Both the position numbers and the translations under genes were made by a program. The notes under the pieces were generated by a model. The model was given only the letters and a program-made list of their open reading frames with translations, did not search any database and was not told the DNA's origin. A stretch of DNA of 64,000 bases from Puniceicoccaceae bacterium (GTDB lineage Bacteria; Verrucomicrobiota; Verrucomicrobiia; Opitutales; Oceanipulchritudinaceae): contig JBFOMH010000003.1 of NCBI GenBank assembly GCA_040830765.1, positions 64,001 through 128,000 of the forward strand. The letters run 5' to 3'. Every line of letters begins with the position of its first letter. The stretch's first letter is position 1. Of this stretch, positions 11,708 through 20,757 are shown piece by piece.

Positions 11708-12592
11708 TTAGCGGATAACCGCTTCCTCTCCGAATGACAAATCTATCAACTTTGGCTGGGCCAGTTGATGTCTTTGTATGTGTTGCAGAATTCCCGCCAG
11801 GCGTTCGATTTGTTCCTCGATGCCATAGGTGGAAAAAACGATTTCCTCGATGTGGGTGCTCTTTACCTTGACCAGCGAGGGCCGGTAATCCACCTCGGGA
11901 TTCCAGTCGCTCAGGTCGACTACCTGCCAGTGCCGGTAGACAGCAGGCAAGCGCTTCTGGGCCGTATCAAGGAGGAAAGCGACCGCCTCCAGTCCGGTAA
12001 CCGGCTGATAGCCTGTTCCATCCTTGCGCACCCGGAGCCCGGCGACTCCCGGAAGGTTCCGCAGGGTTTCCGCAGGATAGAGGGCTCCCCGGTATATGGT
12101 CCCGTCCCGGGCGATCAGCAAGGTCGAGGAAGAACCATCTTCATTGCGGACCCGCATCCGGAGAATTGGCTCCCGTTCCTCAAGGGCTACCTCGATGTGC
12201 GATGGCAGCGACAAGGTGACTTCTGCCGTCGAAACCTGCCCGTATCGTTCAAGCTGCTCTTTCAGGACACCGACATCAATCTGCCGTAATTCCATGCGGA
12301 GGGTATCGGAGAAAGAATCGCGGAACCAGTTTTCTGTCAAAACCCCGTCGGAGGCAAATTTAACATCTACCATTGCACCAGCAAAGCGGACCGACGTTCC
12401 CTTGCCCAAACCACCGAGATAGTAGATCGCAACGACCCCCGTGATGATGACGATGAAAAGCAATAGAGCCACCGCACTGCGAAGGAACAGCTTGAGGCTG
12501 CGTTGCCGCGCCACCTTGGTTGTCTTGCCCCGCTTGTTCGCTTGTTGGATATTCCTCCAGGAACTCGAGGCCTTCTTTGGTTTCCTGGTCAT
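11708..12592 (-). CDS. ftsQ: FtsQ/DivIB-like cell division protein
   Basis: Basic N-tail, single TM, POTRA-like LPSHIEVALEEREP and C-terminal IDLSF; lies between ddl and ftsA. Start could be 12601. Confidence 0.75.
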   Translation of the reverse strand: MTRKPKKASSSWRNIQQANKRGKTTKVARQRSLKLFLRSAVALLLFIVIITGVVAIYYLGGLGKGTSVRFAGAMVDVKFASDGVLTENWFRDSFSDTLRMELRQIDVGVLKEQLERYGQVSTAEVTLSLPSHIEVALEEREPILRMRVRNEDGSSSTLLIARDGTIYRGALYPAETLRNLPGVAGLRVRKDGTGYQPVTGLEAVAFLLDTAQKRLPAVYRHWQVVDLSDWNPEVDYRPSLVKVKSTHIEEIVFSTYGIEEQIERLAGILQHIQRHQLAQPKLIDLSFGEEAVIR

Positions 12593-13539
12593 CCGTTGCA
12601 TCCCTCCATTCGTCGCATTGCAAAGCTCGTCCACGAGAGGACCAGCTCGCTAAATGTCAAACCCAGGCAGCCGGCGGACTTCGGCAGCAGGCTGGTCGGC
12701 GTCATCCCTGGTAGTGTATTGACCTCGAGGAAGACCGCTTTCCCGTCCTCCCCAAGGCGAAAGTCGACCCGTGCCAAATCGCGGCATCCGCAGGCCCGGA
12801 AAATAACCAGGCTCCATTGCCTCAGCCGGGCCGCCAGTACCTCCGGCAGGTCAGCAGGCGCCTCATAGCGGCTCATCCCGCTGGTGTACTTGTGATCGTA
12901 ATCGTAAAGACCGCTTTTCGGGTAAACGGCAACAACCCCGAGGGCTTCGTCATTCAGGACCCCCACGGTCAGGTCATACCCGTCGATGAAGGTCTCGGCA
13001 ATATACTCGGAACTAGCAAGGTCCTCCCTCGCGCCATGGTAGTCCTCCTCCTGGTGGATCAGGTGAAGGCCAACACTACTTCCGTCCCGACGGGGCTTTA
13101 GGATGAACGTGTCTCCTAATTCGGATGCTACCTCACCATACTCAATTGGGCTGGTCGGTGAAAGAAGCAGGTCCTTGGCAACCGGCAGACCAAGGCGGTC
13201 AGCCATGGCCTTGCAGGCCAGTTTGTCAAAGCAGAGAACGCTCGATGCCTGGGCACAACCGGCATAGGCAAATCCACGGGATTCCAGTTCGGCGCTCAGG
13301 CGGCCGTCTTCACCGTATGTTCCATGGATGACCGGCAGGACAAGGTGAATGGAAGGACTTAGGTTCTCCGGGAGCCGATTCTCCTCCAACTCAAACAGGT
13401 CACAGGGGACACCAGCTGCCTCGAGCGCATCGGCCACTGCCTTGCCCGAAACCAGGGAAACGGCCCGCTCGGAGCTGCTGCCCCCGCAGAGGACAGCTAC
13501 CCTGCAACCCGTCGACCGGATTGCTTCAGGCAATCCCAT
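12589..13539 (-). CDS. ddl: D-alanine--D-alanine ligase
   Basis: GGxSxERxVSLxSG, HGTYGEDG, GSSVG, YDYDHKY and EVNTLPGMT motifs; GGAGG RBS before ATG 13539. Confidence 0.95.
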   Translation of the reverse strand: MGLPEAIRSTGCRVAVLCGGSSSERAVSLVSGKAVADALEAAGVPCDLFELEENRLPENLSPSIHLVLPVIHGTYGEDGRLSAELESRGFAYAGCAQASSVLCFDKLACKAMADRLGLPVAKDLLLSPTSPIEYGEVASELGDTFILKPRRDGSSVGLHLIHQEEDYHGAREDLASSEYIAETFIDGYDLTVGVLNDEALGVVAVYPKSGLYDYDHKYTSGMSRYEAPADLPEVLAARLRQWSLVIFRACGCRDLARVDFRLGEDGKAVFLEVNTLPGMTPTSLLPKSAGCLGLTFSELVLSWTSFAMRRMEGCNG

Positions 13540-14686
13540 GCGTGACCTCCTCCCTGCCAGCGGCCTTCCCGGAAAGGCCCGGTCCGTCAACCGGTTGAAT
13601 GTACTGCCGCATGACATACCGGCAGATCTCTGATGCGGCATCGCCATGGATCAGCCGCCGCAGGTTCGCCCGTATCCGGCCCAGCAACCAGTCATTGAAT
13701 ATCAAGTCAAGTATCTCCCTGTAGAGGCCGTCCAATTGTGTTTGTTCGACAAGGATACATCCACCGCGCCGTTCGAGGTCGCGCGCATTGGCCAGCTGAT
13801 GCTGGTCAGCCGCATAGGGATAGGGAATGAGGATGCTTGGGGTAAGGCAATGGACCATCTCCGCGATGGTTCCCGCCCCCGCCCGGCTGATAACGACATC
13901 AGCGGCACTGAAGAGCTCGTGGAGGGCATTGTGAAAGGCAAATGTGCGGCACTCCACATGGGCTCCGGCATCGGAGGTGAAGGTCTCCTTCTCGGGTAAT
14001 GCCTGTTTCCCGGGGCCGGATACGAGGAAGATCCAGATGCCATCGGCGGCGAGGGACTGGCGATTGGCCCCGACCCATTGGTTGAGCGCCTGGGCTCCCT
14101 GGCTGCCACCGACCACGGCAAGCACCTTGGCGTGCATTGGAATACCCAGCTGCTTGCGGATATCCTCCTTGTAGATGTGGTGCACTTCGCGCCGCAAGGG
14201 CATGTTCAGCCGGCGGATGCGCCGGGCCTCGGTTCCGGGAAGCGCAACCCCGTCCGGCAGGTAGATGCGATCCGCCATGTTCGCCAATGTGCGGATGGAG
14301 CGACCCGCCTTGCGGTTGGCCTCATGCAGGACTACCGGAACCTTTTGTATCCAGGCAGCTATGACAAAACTGACACTCAGGTATCCGCCGAAGGCGACGA
14401 TGGCCGAAGGGCGGTTTTCACGCAAAAGCCCGAAGCTCTGAAAAAAACCAAACATGCTGCCGTAGATGAAGCGCAGGAGCCGGGCGGGTCTCCACCCAAA
14501 GGGTGCTCCCTTGGCCCGCTTGTAAGGAATGTCCGGATAGGCCTTGAGGAGACGGCTGTCGACCTCCTTCTCACTGATGATTAACTCGACCGGAATTTGC
14601 TCCTCCAGAAACCGCTGGGCGGTGGCGATTCCGGGGGCCAAATGCCCGCCTGTTCCACCGCAAATGATGTAGACTGGTTTCCGCAT
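13526..14686 (-). CDS. murG: Lipid II GlcNAc transferase MurG
   Basis: GGTGGH, HEAN, GGSQGA, SRAGAGTIAE and HQxxNA motifs. Confidence 0.93.
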   Translation of the reverse strand: MRKPVYIICGGTGGHLAPGIATAQRFLEEQIPVELIISEKEVDSRLLKAYPDIPYKRAKGAPFGWRPARLLRFIYGSMFGFFQSFGLLRENRPSAIVAFGGYLSVSFVIAAWIQKVPVVLHEANRKAGRSIRTLANMADRIYLPDGVALPGTEARRIRRLNMPLRREVHHIYKEDIRKQLGIPMHAKVLAVVGGSQGAQALNQWVGANRQSLAADGIWIFLVSGPGKQALPEKETFTSDAGAHVECRTFAFHNALHELFSAADVVISRAGAGTIAEMVHCLTPSILIPYPYAADQHQLANARDLERRGGCILVEQTQLDGLYREILDLIFNDWLLGRIRANLRRLIHGDAASEICRYVMRQYIQPVDGPGLSGKAAGREEVTHGIA

Positions 14687-14688
14687 GC

Positions 14689-15843
14689 CTAACTTCGAAA
14701 TTCCCGGGGTTGAAATTCCGGAGGATTGTTCCACTTCCAGATGCACCGGCAGATGATGCCGAACAGAAAATAGGTCACCACCAGATTGGAGCCACCGTAG
14801 CTGATGAACGGCAGGGACATTCCCTTGGTGGGGAGGCACCCGGTAGACACGCCCATGTTGATCATGGCCTGCAGGGTGATGAAAAGAAGGGACCCGCATA
14901 CCAGCATGAACTGATAGATATTCGGCGCCTTCTGCAACTGGTGCCAGGTAACGAGGAAAAAGAGGGAAAAGGCCGCCACTACCGAAAGGGTAAATACCAG
15001 TCCAAGCTCTTCCCCGATAATGGGGAAAATAAAGTCCGTATGGGCTTCCGGAAGAAAGGCGAACTGCTGCCGTCCATTGCCGAGCCCGACCCCATCGATA
15101 CCCCCGACACCAAAGCCGATCAGGCCCTGCCAGAGCTGGTAGGCCCCTTCGCTGCGGTTTCCCTCAACGTCGAGAAAGGCGAGAATCCGGCCCATCCGGA
15201 CCGGGTCATTGGCGATGGCCCAACCGAAGAGTCCGGCCCCGGCAACAGCGGTTGGGATTAGGTATTTCAGGGAGGAACCGGCCAGGAAGAGGAGAATTCC
15301 CCCGACCACGGCAAAAAGAAAAGCAGTCCCGAAATCGGGCTGCATCAGAATAAGGACAAAGAATACCCCTATGACACCCATTGGCAGAAGGAAGCCCTTG
15401 AAGAAAGTGTCGCGATGCCGCTGGACCAGGGAGAAGTATTGGGCCAGGCAAAGAATGTATCCAATTTTCGCGACATCGGATACCTGCATGTTCATCGGTC
15501 CGATATCAATCCACCGCCGGGCCCCGTTGATTTTCATGCCAATCCCGGGAACGAGCACAATTACCAGAAGGACAATGCCGCCCAGGGCAACCCACCACGA
15601 GGCTTTCCGCCAGCGCTCATAGTCGATAATCAAGGCGGACGCGAATCCGGTCATGGCAATTCCCATCCAGAGGCACTGGCGGAAGAAATAACCACCTACA
15701 CCTGATTCGTAGGCCCGGCCTATGCTCAGCAAAACAACCAGTCCCAATCCATTCAGGAAGAGGACGGAGAGGCCAAGGAAAACCACCGGCAAGCGACGGC
15801 CGATTGTGTAGCTCCAAAGTCTCTGGCTGTCCGCTGCTTGCAT
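14689..15843 (-). CDS. ftsW: SEDS peptidoglycan polymerase FtsW
   Basis: NGARRW, QPDFGT, LPEAHTDFIF and PTKGMSLPFISYGGS motifs; multi-TM. Confidence 0.95.
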   Translation of the reverse strand: MQAADSQRLWSYTIGRRLPVVFLGLSVLFLNGLGLVVLLSIGRAYESGVGGYFFRQCLWMGIAMTGFASALIIDYERWRKASWWVALGGIVLLVIVLVPGIGMKINGARRWIDIGPMNMQVSDVAKIGYILCLAQYFSLVQRHRDTFFKGFLLPMGVIGVFFVLILMQPDFGTAFLFAVVGGILLFLAGSSLKYLIPTAVAGAGLFGWAIANDPVRMGRILAFLDVEGNRSEGAYQLWQGLIGFGVGGIDGVGLGNGRQQFAFLPEAHTDFIFPIIGEELGLVFTLSVVAAFSLFFLVTWHQLQKAPNIYQFMLVCGSLLFITLQAMINMGVSTGCLPTKGMSLPFISYGGSNLVVTYFLFGIICRCIWKWNNPPEFQPREFRS

Positions 15844-16928
15844 TAATTATTGGGCTGGCTTCCGTCTTCGACTGCCTCCACTTCAACGAATGGCAGGTCC
15901 TCGTCTTCCAGTGCCTCCAGCACCGACATCGGATCTTCCTCGGTCGGTTCAGGAAGGGGTGCTTCATCAACAATGGTGGTCACCGGTTGAGTTGGCCGTG
16001 ACATCGTCTGCGGCGGGGGTGAGCTCTCTGGTTGGCTCCCTCCGGAAGATGGAATCACGAGGGTCTTCCCGACGTACAACTTGCGGGGATCAGAAATGTC
16101 GTTGGCGGCCATCAGCTCCGGTGCGGAGACCCCGAACCGGCGTGCGATGCCACTCGGGGTATCGCCGGGCTGGACTGTGTAGGTCTGGCCTGTGGCTGTC
16201 GAAGTCGAACGGGTGACCGAGGTTGTCGGAGCGGTATAGGTCGACCTGCTTCCAGACTCGGGAACGGCCAGTCGCTGACCAACAAAAATGGTGTCACTGG
16301 TCAATCCATTGAGGGCCTTCAATGCCTTGACGGTGGTGCCGTTGCGGGCAGCGATGGAGCTCAGGGTATCTCCCCGGGCAACCACGACTTCACGGCCGGA
16401 GTGTTCCACCTCAACGGAGGCGTCGGAATCCACCGGACGGGATGCCGGGACCATCAGGACCTGACCGACATAAATGACGGAGGATTTGCTCAAACCATTG
16501 GCGGCCAGCAGGGAATCCAGGGAGACACCCTCGCTTCGGGCAATACCGCTGAGCGTGTCACCCGGCTTGACGGTGTACTCGCTCTGGACCGGCGGTACGC
16601 TGAGCTCGTCCTGGACCGGCTCAAGGACCGGTTGCAGCACACCTGTATCCGGTGTGGAACGGGTTCCTCCCTCGGGCCGGGTCGGCGCACTGAGATTGCG
16701 CGAGCTGCTCGTCCGGGTCGTTGTTGTCGACGGGATACCCGCGTTGAATGCGCTGTCGAGTTCCGCTGGTTCCTGCGGGGCGTTGTAGGCCTCCGAAGGA
16801 GCCGGTGCGGTCATGCCGGGATCCGGGCGTTCGGAGGGCTGACTCTGGCAACCGGGCTGAATCAAGAGCAAGCCGATAACCGCGACGTGAAAGATGATAA
16901 CGAGACTGAACACTGACCAGATTTTCAT
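15843..16928 (-). CDS. Membrane-anchored protein with three LysM domains
   Basis: N-terminal hydrophobic helix; three YTVxxGDTL/PSxIA...GQxLxVP repeats with P/T/S-rich linkers. Confidence 0.9.
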   Translation of the reverse strand: MKIWSVFSLVIIFHVAVIGLLLIQPGCQSQPSERPDPGMTAPAPSEAYNAPQEPAELDSAFNAGIPSTTTTRTSSSRNLSAPTRPEGGTRSTPDTGVLQPVLEPVQDELSVPPVQSEYTVKPGDTLSGIARSEGVSLDSLLAANGLSKSSVIYVGQVLMVPASRPVDSDASVEVEHSGREVVVARGDTLSSIAARNGTTVKALKALNGLTSDTIFVGQRLAVPESGSRSTYTAPTTSVTRSTSTATGQTYTVQPGDTPSGIARRFGVSAPELMAANDISDPRKLYVGKTLVIPSSGGSQPESSPPPQTMSRPTQPVTTIVDEAPLPEPTEEDPMSVLEALEDEDLPFVEVEAVEDGSQPNN

Positions 16929-16952
16929 GATACTTATACCTTTTTAATTCAC

Positions 16953-18260
16953 TTAGACACTCCCCTTCTGATGCTTCAAACCTAAAACCGCATTTTCAAA
17001 ACAGATACCGCGTTCCATCATGTCACCATACTCTTCACCAGGAACAAAGCCGGGACTGTAGACGACGGGAACTTCCCCCTCGGCAAGATCGAAGGCCGCT
17101 TCGACTGCCTGGTTGAGATTGAGACATCCCGTGCAGGGAATTTTCCGATCCTCCAAAACCGGAAGGAGATGCCAGGCGGCGTTTCCGGTGATGACCGCAC
17201 CCTTTAGTCGGGAACCGATTTTGTCGATGAGGGCATCCGTAGGACCGCCCCGGAAATGACCGCCGCCGATCCACACAACCGGGGTCTTGAAGTTCTCAAT
17301 GGCCGCCTCGACTGCGGCAAAGTTGCGGGAATTGGCATCATTCCAGAAGGCGGTCTTGCCAATTATCGTGGAAACATGCAGCCGGTGGGCGCGGACCTCG
17401 AAGTGTTCCGCAGCACTCTTGAGGAGCGAATCCGAGTATCCCATCTCCAGCCAGTAGCGGCGATAGAGGGCCAGTGCCGGCCGGTGGATGCTGGTTGCGA
17501 ACGCGGTCCGGTCGGGCAGTTCCCAGTCCGGGTAATCCTCCTCCCGTGCAGTGTAGACCCGGTCGGGCAGGGGCCGGCCCAGTTCGCGGGACATTTCAAC
17601 AACCGAATCACCGAGGAAGAACATCGCTTTCGGACTCAATTGCATGAGACGCCGGAAACCATCGAAGGCAGCCCGCCTTTCATCTTCATCGACAAGGTGA
17701 TCCTCGCGGAAATTAGTCCAGAAAAGGGCATCGAAACGGAATTCCTTCAGGGGCTGGATGTAGTCGGGACCGAGTTCGCAGACAGCTGTCACCCCATCCA
17801 GTTCCTGGTGCACCGCGAGACGAGAAAGCGGGTAGGCATTCTGGCCAGCCGCGACTGCACTGATACCGGTCCTTTTGAGACTGAAGGTAATGAACTCCTG
17901 CAGGGTGGTCTTCCCATTGGTCCCGGTGACCACGAGGGTCGGTCCCCTTCGAAGTTGCTGGGCAAAGTCGATCTCGCTGACCACGCAGCAAGCCTCCCCA
18001 AGGGCTGTCTCGATCCATGGGTGATCCATCCTGAATGCCGGGCTGTGCAGGACAAGCCGGTGCCGCCGGGCGGCCGCTTCGTCAAAAGCGCGGTCCACCG
18101 AGTCTTCATCCCCGGCAAGCTCATCGTAAGTCATGTACTTCACCCCGAGCTTGTCGAGCAAGCTGCCAGCGGCATGCCCGCTGGCCCCATAACCAAAGAC
18201 GGCCACTGGCTGTTGCAGCAGTTCCTTATAGGCAGCGGGAATGTTCTCGGAAAGACTCAT
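16953..18260 (-). CDS. murD: MurD-family ligase with degenerate motifs
   Basis: GYGASG, SPA, TGTNGKTT, HR and ERG motifs, and position after mraY. Several conserved motifs are altered (see findings). Confidence 0.8.
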   Translation of the reverse strand: MSLSENIPAAYKELLQQPVAVFGYGASGHAAGSLLDKLGVKYMTYDELAGDEDSVDRAFDEAAARRHRLVLHSPAFRMDHPWIETALGEACCVVSEIDFAQQLRRGPTLVVTGTNGKTTLQEFITFSLKRTGISAVAAGQNAYPLSRLAVHQELDGVTAVCELGPDYIQPLKEFRFDALFWTNFREDHLVDEDERRAAFDGFRRLMQLSPKAMFFLGDSVVEMSRELGRPLPDRVYTAREEDYPDWELPDRTAFATSIHRPALALYRRYWLEMGYSDSLLKSAAEHFEVRAHRLHVSTIIGKTAFWNDANSRNFAAVEAAIENFKTPVVWIGGGHFRGGPTDALIDKIGSRLKGAVITGNAAWHLLPVLEDRKIPCTGCLNLNQAVEAAFDLAEGEVPVVYSPGFVPGEEYGDMMERGICFENAVLGLKHQKGSV

Positions 18261-19357
18261 CGCAGCTTCAGGGTGGCCAAACCAATTACAGCAAAAACAA
18301 GGGACATGATCCAGAAGCGAATAACCACCTGGGTCTCCGCCCATCCCTTGATTTCAAAATGATGGTGAATCGGCGACATCAGGAATATGCGCCGCTTGTA
18401 GAGTTTAAAAAATCCGACCTGCAGCATGACCGAGAGCACCTCGATAACAAATACGCCCCCGATCAGGACTAGGGTAATCGGCTGCAGGATCATGAAGGCG
18501 ACTATCCCGATCAGTCCGCCGAGAGCGAGACTACCGGTATCTCCCATAAAAATAGCCGCCGGATGGGCATTGTGCCACAGGAAGGCCAGGCAGGCCCCGC
18601 AAAGGATGGACAACAGGATGGTCAACTCCCCCGCTCCCGGCATGAAGGGAACAAGTAGGTAATCAGCGTAGATGGCATTACCGGCGGCATAGGCCATCAG
18701 GGCGTAGGCCATGGCAACGGTCAGGGTGCACCCGATGGCCAGTCCATCCACACCATCGGTCAGGTTGATGGCATTACTGGAACCGGAAAGGACCAGATAA
18801 AGGAAGACAAAGAGGAACGGCAGGGGCATAACAGCGATGATGGGCTCCTTGTAGAAAGGCAACCAAAGCTGGCGGATAAATCCGGCACTGTCCTCACTGG
18901 AAAGCAATAGAAGCAGTGCCAGCAGGGTCAGGATCGCCTGGCCAAGGAGCTTCATCCGGCCGGAAAGCCCCTTGCTGGTTCGCCGCTTGATAATGAGATA
19001 GTCATCGAGGAAACCGATGATCGTCAGGCCGGTGAAGACAACCAGGGCTGTGACCACGTAAATATTGAGCTGGGCCCAGAGCAGTGTGCTTACTGCAACA
19101 GCGACAAAGACGATCAATCCGCCCATCGTGGGGGTGTTTTTCTTGCTGTTGTGGAGGTCCGCCAACCGGCCCACCTCCTCCGCCGACCGGAGGACCTGCT
19201 GCACCTTGAGCGCCTTGAGGCGGGCAATGAGGAATGGAGCAATCAACATGCCGAGCATCATTGCGGTAGCGGCTCCGCCCATTGCCCTGAAAGAGATGTA
19301 ACGGAAGAGCCGCAGGGGACCCCAGATGGACTCAAGGTCGGCCAGATAGCTCAGCAT
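18257..19357 (-). CDS. mraY: Phospho-MurNAc-pentapeptide transferase MraY
   Basis: KKNTPTMGG, DD, NAINLTDGVDGL, FMGDTGSL and HHHFE motifs. Confidence 0.96.
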   Translation of the reverse strand: MLSYLADLESIWGPLRLFRYISFRAMGGAATAMMLGMLIAPFLIARLKALKVQQVLRSAEEVGRLADLHNSKKNTPTMGGLIVFVAVAVSTLLWAQLNIYVVTALVVFTGLTIIGFLDDYLIIKRRTSKGLSGRMKLLGQAILTLLALLLLLSSEDSAGFIRQLWLPFYKEPIIAVMPLPFLFVFLYLVLSGSSNAINLTDGVDGLAIGCTLTVAMAYALMAYAAGNAIYADYLLVPFMPGAGELTILLSILCGACLAFLWHNAHPAAIFMGDTGSLALGGLIGIVAFMILQPITLVLIGGVFVIEVLSVMLQVGFFKLYKRRIFLMSPIHHHFEIKGWAETQVVIRFWIMSLVFAVIGLATLKLR

Positions 19358-20757
19358 CGCACGCCTCCTTCCGGAACAAGCTTTTCCAGCCCCAAGGAGC
19401 GACTGCCCTTGAGGAACACCGCGCCCCGGAAGGACTTGATGTGCTCGGCGAGCTCACTTGTGTCAGTGACAAGGTGTACCCTGTCGGCGGTGAATCCACG
19501 CTGTTGCAGACTCTCGGCCATCGGCGCGGCCTCTTCCCCGACGAGGTAAACAGTCGAACCCTCCTTGAGGAGAATTTGTTCACCGGTCCTTCGATGCCAT
19601 TCGGCGGAAGCGGTACCCATCTCCTTCATGCTGCCGATAACGTAGAGATGAGGCAGGCGGGGAAAGATTTTTGCGAAGCGCTGGGCGCTGTCGATCATTG
19701 AACCTGGATTGGCGTTGTAGCAATCGACATAGAACCAGGTTTCCCGGTTCCGGATAACTTCGCCACGTTGGCGGAACGGGCGCCAGGCATCGAGGCAGGC
19801 CTGCAAGGTGGTCTGCGGTACCCCGAGATGAAGCGCTACATGGGCGACCAGGGCCAGATTCGAAACCATCCCCTGGCTGCCGGCTTGAAAGGTAAAACTC
19901 CCAGGGGACACGGGTGCCACCGTTTCCAGTGTACCCGTGCCCCGGGAATGCTTCAGTTCAGTCCATTTGTATTGGTAAATTGTTACATTGGGTAACTGCT
20001 CCCATGCCGGATCCGTCGCTTCACCCGGACCGCACAAGGCATGCACCTGGATGGATTCCGGGATACTCCGGAAAGGCTCGTACTGCAGGAGGGAGACAGG
20101 AATGAAGACATGGCCACCGGGACGGACGGAATGGGCCAGGACCGCCTTTTCCCGGGCGACTCCTTCAATGTCACCAAGGCGTTCCAGGTGAGCCGGGCCA
20201 ACAGCGGTGATGATGGCCATATCGGGTTGGATCATCCCGGCCAGAAGGGGCATCTCATTCACATCATTGATACCGGCCTCAAGGATGGCTCCGGCATGAC
20301 GGCGCGGATCCAGTTCCAGAAGACTCAGGGGTACGCCAATGTGGTTGTTGTAGTTGCCACGGGTGTGAAACCATTGCGTCCCCATGACAATTCCCAGCAT
20401 CTCCTTGACCGTCGTCTTGCCGTAACTGCCGGTAATCCCAATCACGGGAGCCTTGAATCGTTCCCGCCAGTTACCGGCCAGCGCATGCAAGGCCTCCAGC
20501 GAGTCGCGCACGACCAACTGGGGTAGCTCAATGTCCGGGTTGGGCCGTTCAACGAGGGCGGCATTGGCACGGTAATCAAATGCCTTGTGCAGGAAGTCGT
20601 GTCCATCGGCGCGCTCCGAGCGCAGGGCGACAAAGGTCTCCCCCGGCTGGAGGCGCCGGGTATCAAAGGCAAAGGACGTCAAATGCGCAGAAGGAAGGCC
20701 GGTGGCCCAGCGACCTTGGGCGATGGTCGCGGCCTCATCTGGATCAAGGGTTGCCAT
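19351..20757 (-). CDS. murF: MurF ligase
   Basis: ITGSYGKTTVKEM, NNHIGVP, DCYNANP and KGSR motifs; TGATG overlap with the murE stop. Confidence 0.92.
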   Translation of the reverse strand: MATLDPDEAATIAQGRWATGLPSAHLTSFAFDTRRLQPGETFVALRSERADGHDFLHKAFDYRANAALVERPNPDIELPQLVVRDSLEALHALAGNWRERFKAPVIGITGSYGKTTVKEMLGIVMGTQWFHTRGNYNNHIGVPLSLLELDPRRHAGAILEAGINDVNEMPLLAGMIQPDMAIITAVGPAHLERLGDIEGVAREKAVLAHSVRPGGHVFIPVSLLQYEPFRSIPESIQVHALCGPGEATDPAWEQLPNVTIYQYKWTELKHSRGTGTLETVAPVSPGSFTFQAGSQGMVSNLALVAHVALHLGVPQTTLQACLDAWRPFRQRGEVIRNRETWFYVDCYNANPGSMIDSAQRFAKIFPRLPHLYVIGSMKEMGTASAEWHRRTGEQILLKEGSTVYLVGEEAAPMAESLQQRGFTADRVHLVTDTSELAEHIKSFRGAVFLKGSRSLGLEKLVPEGGVRC

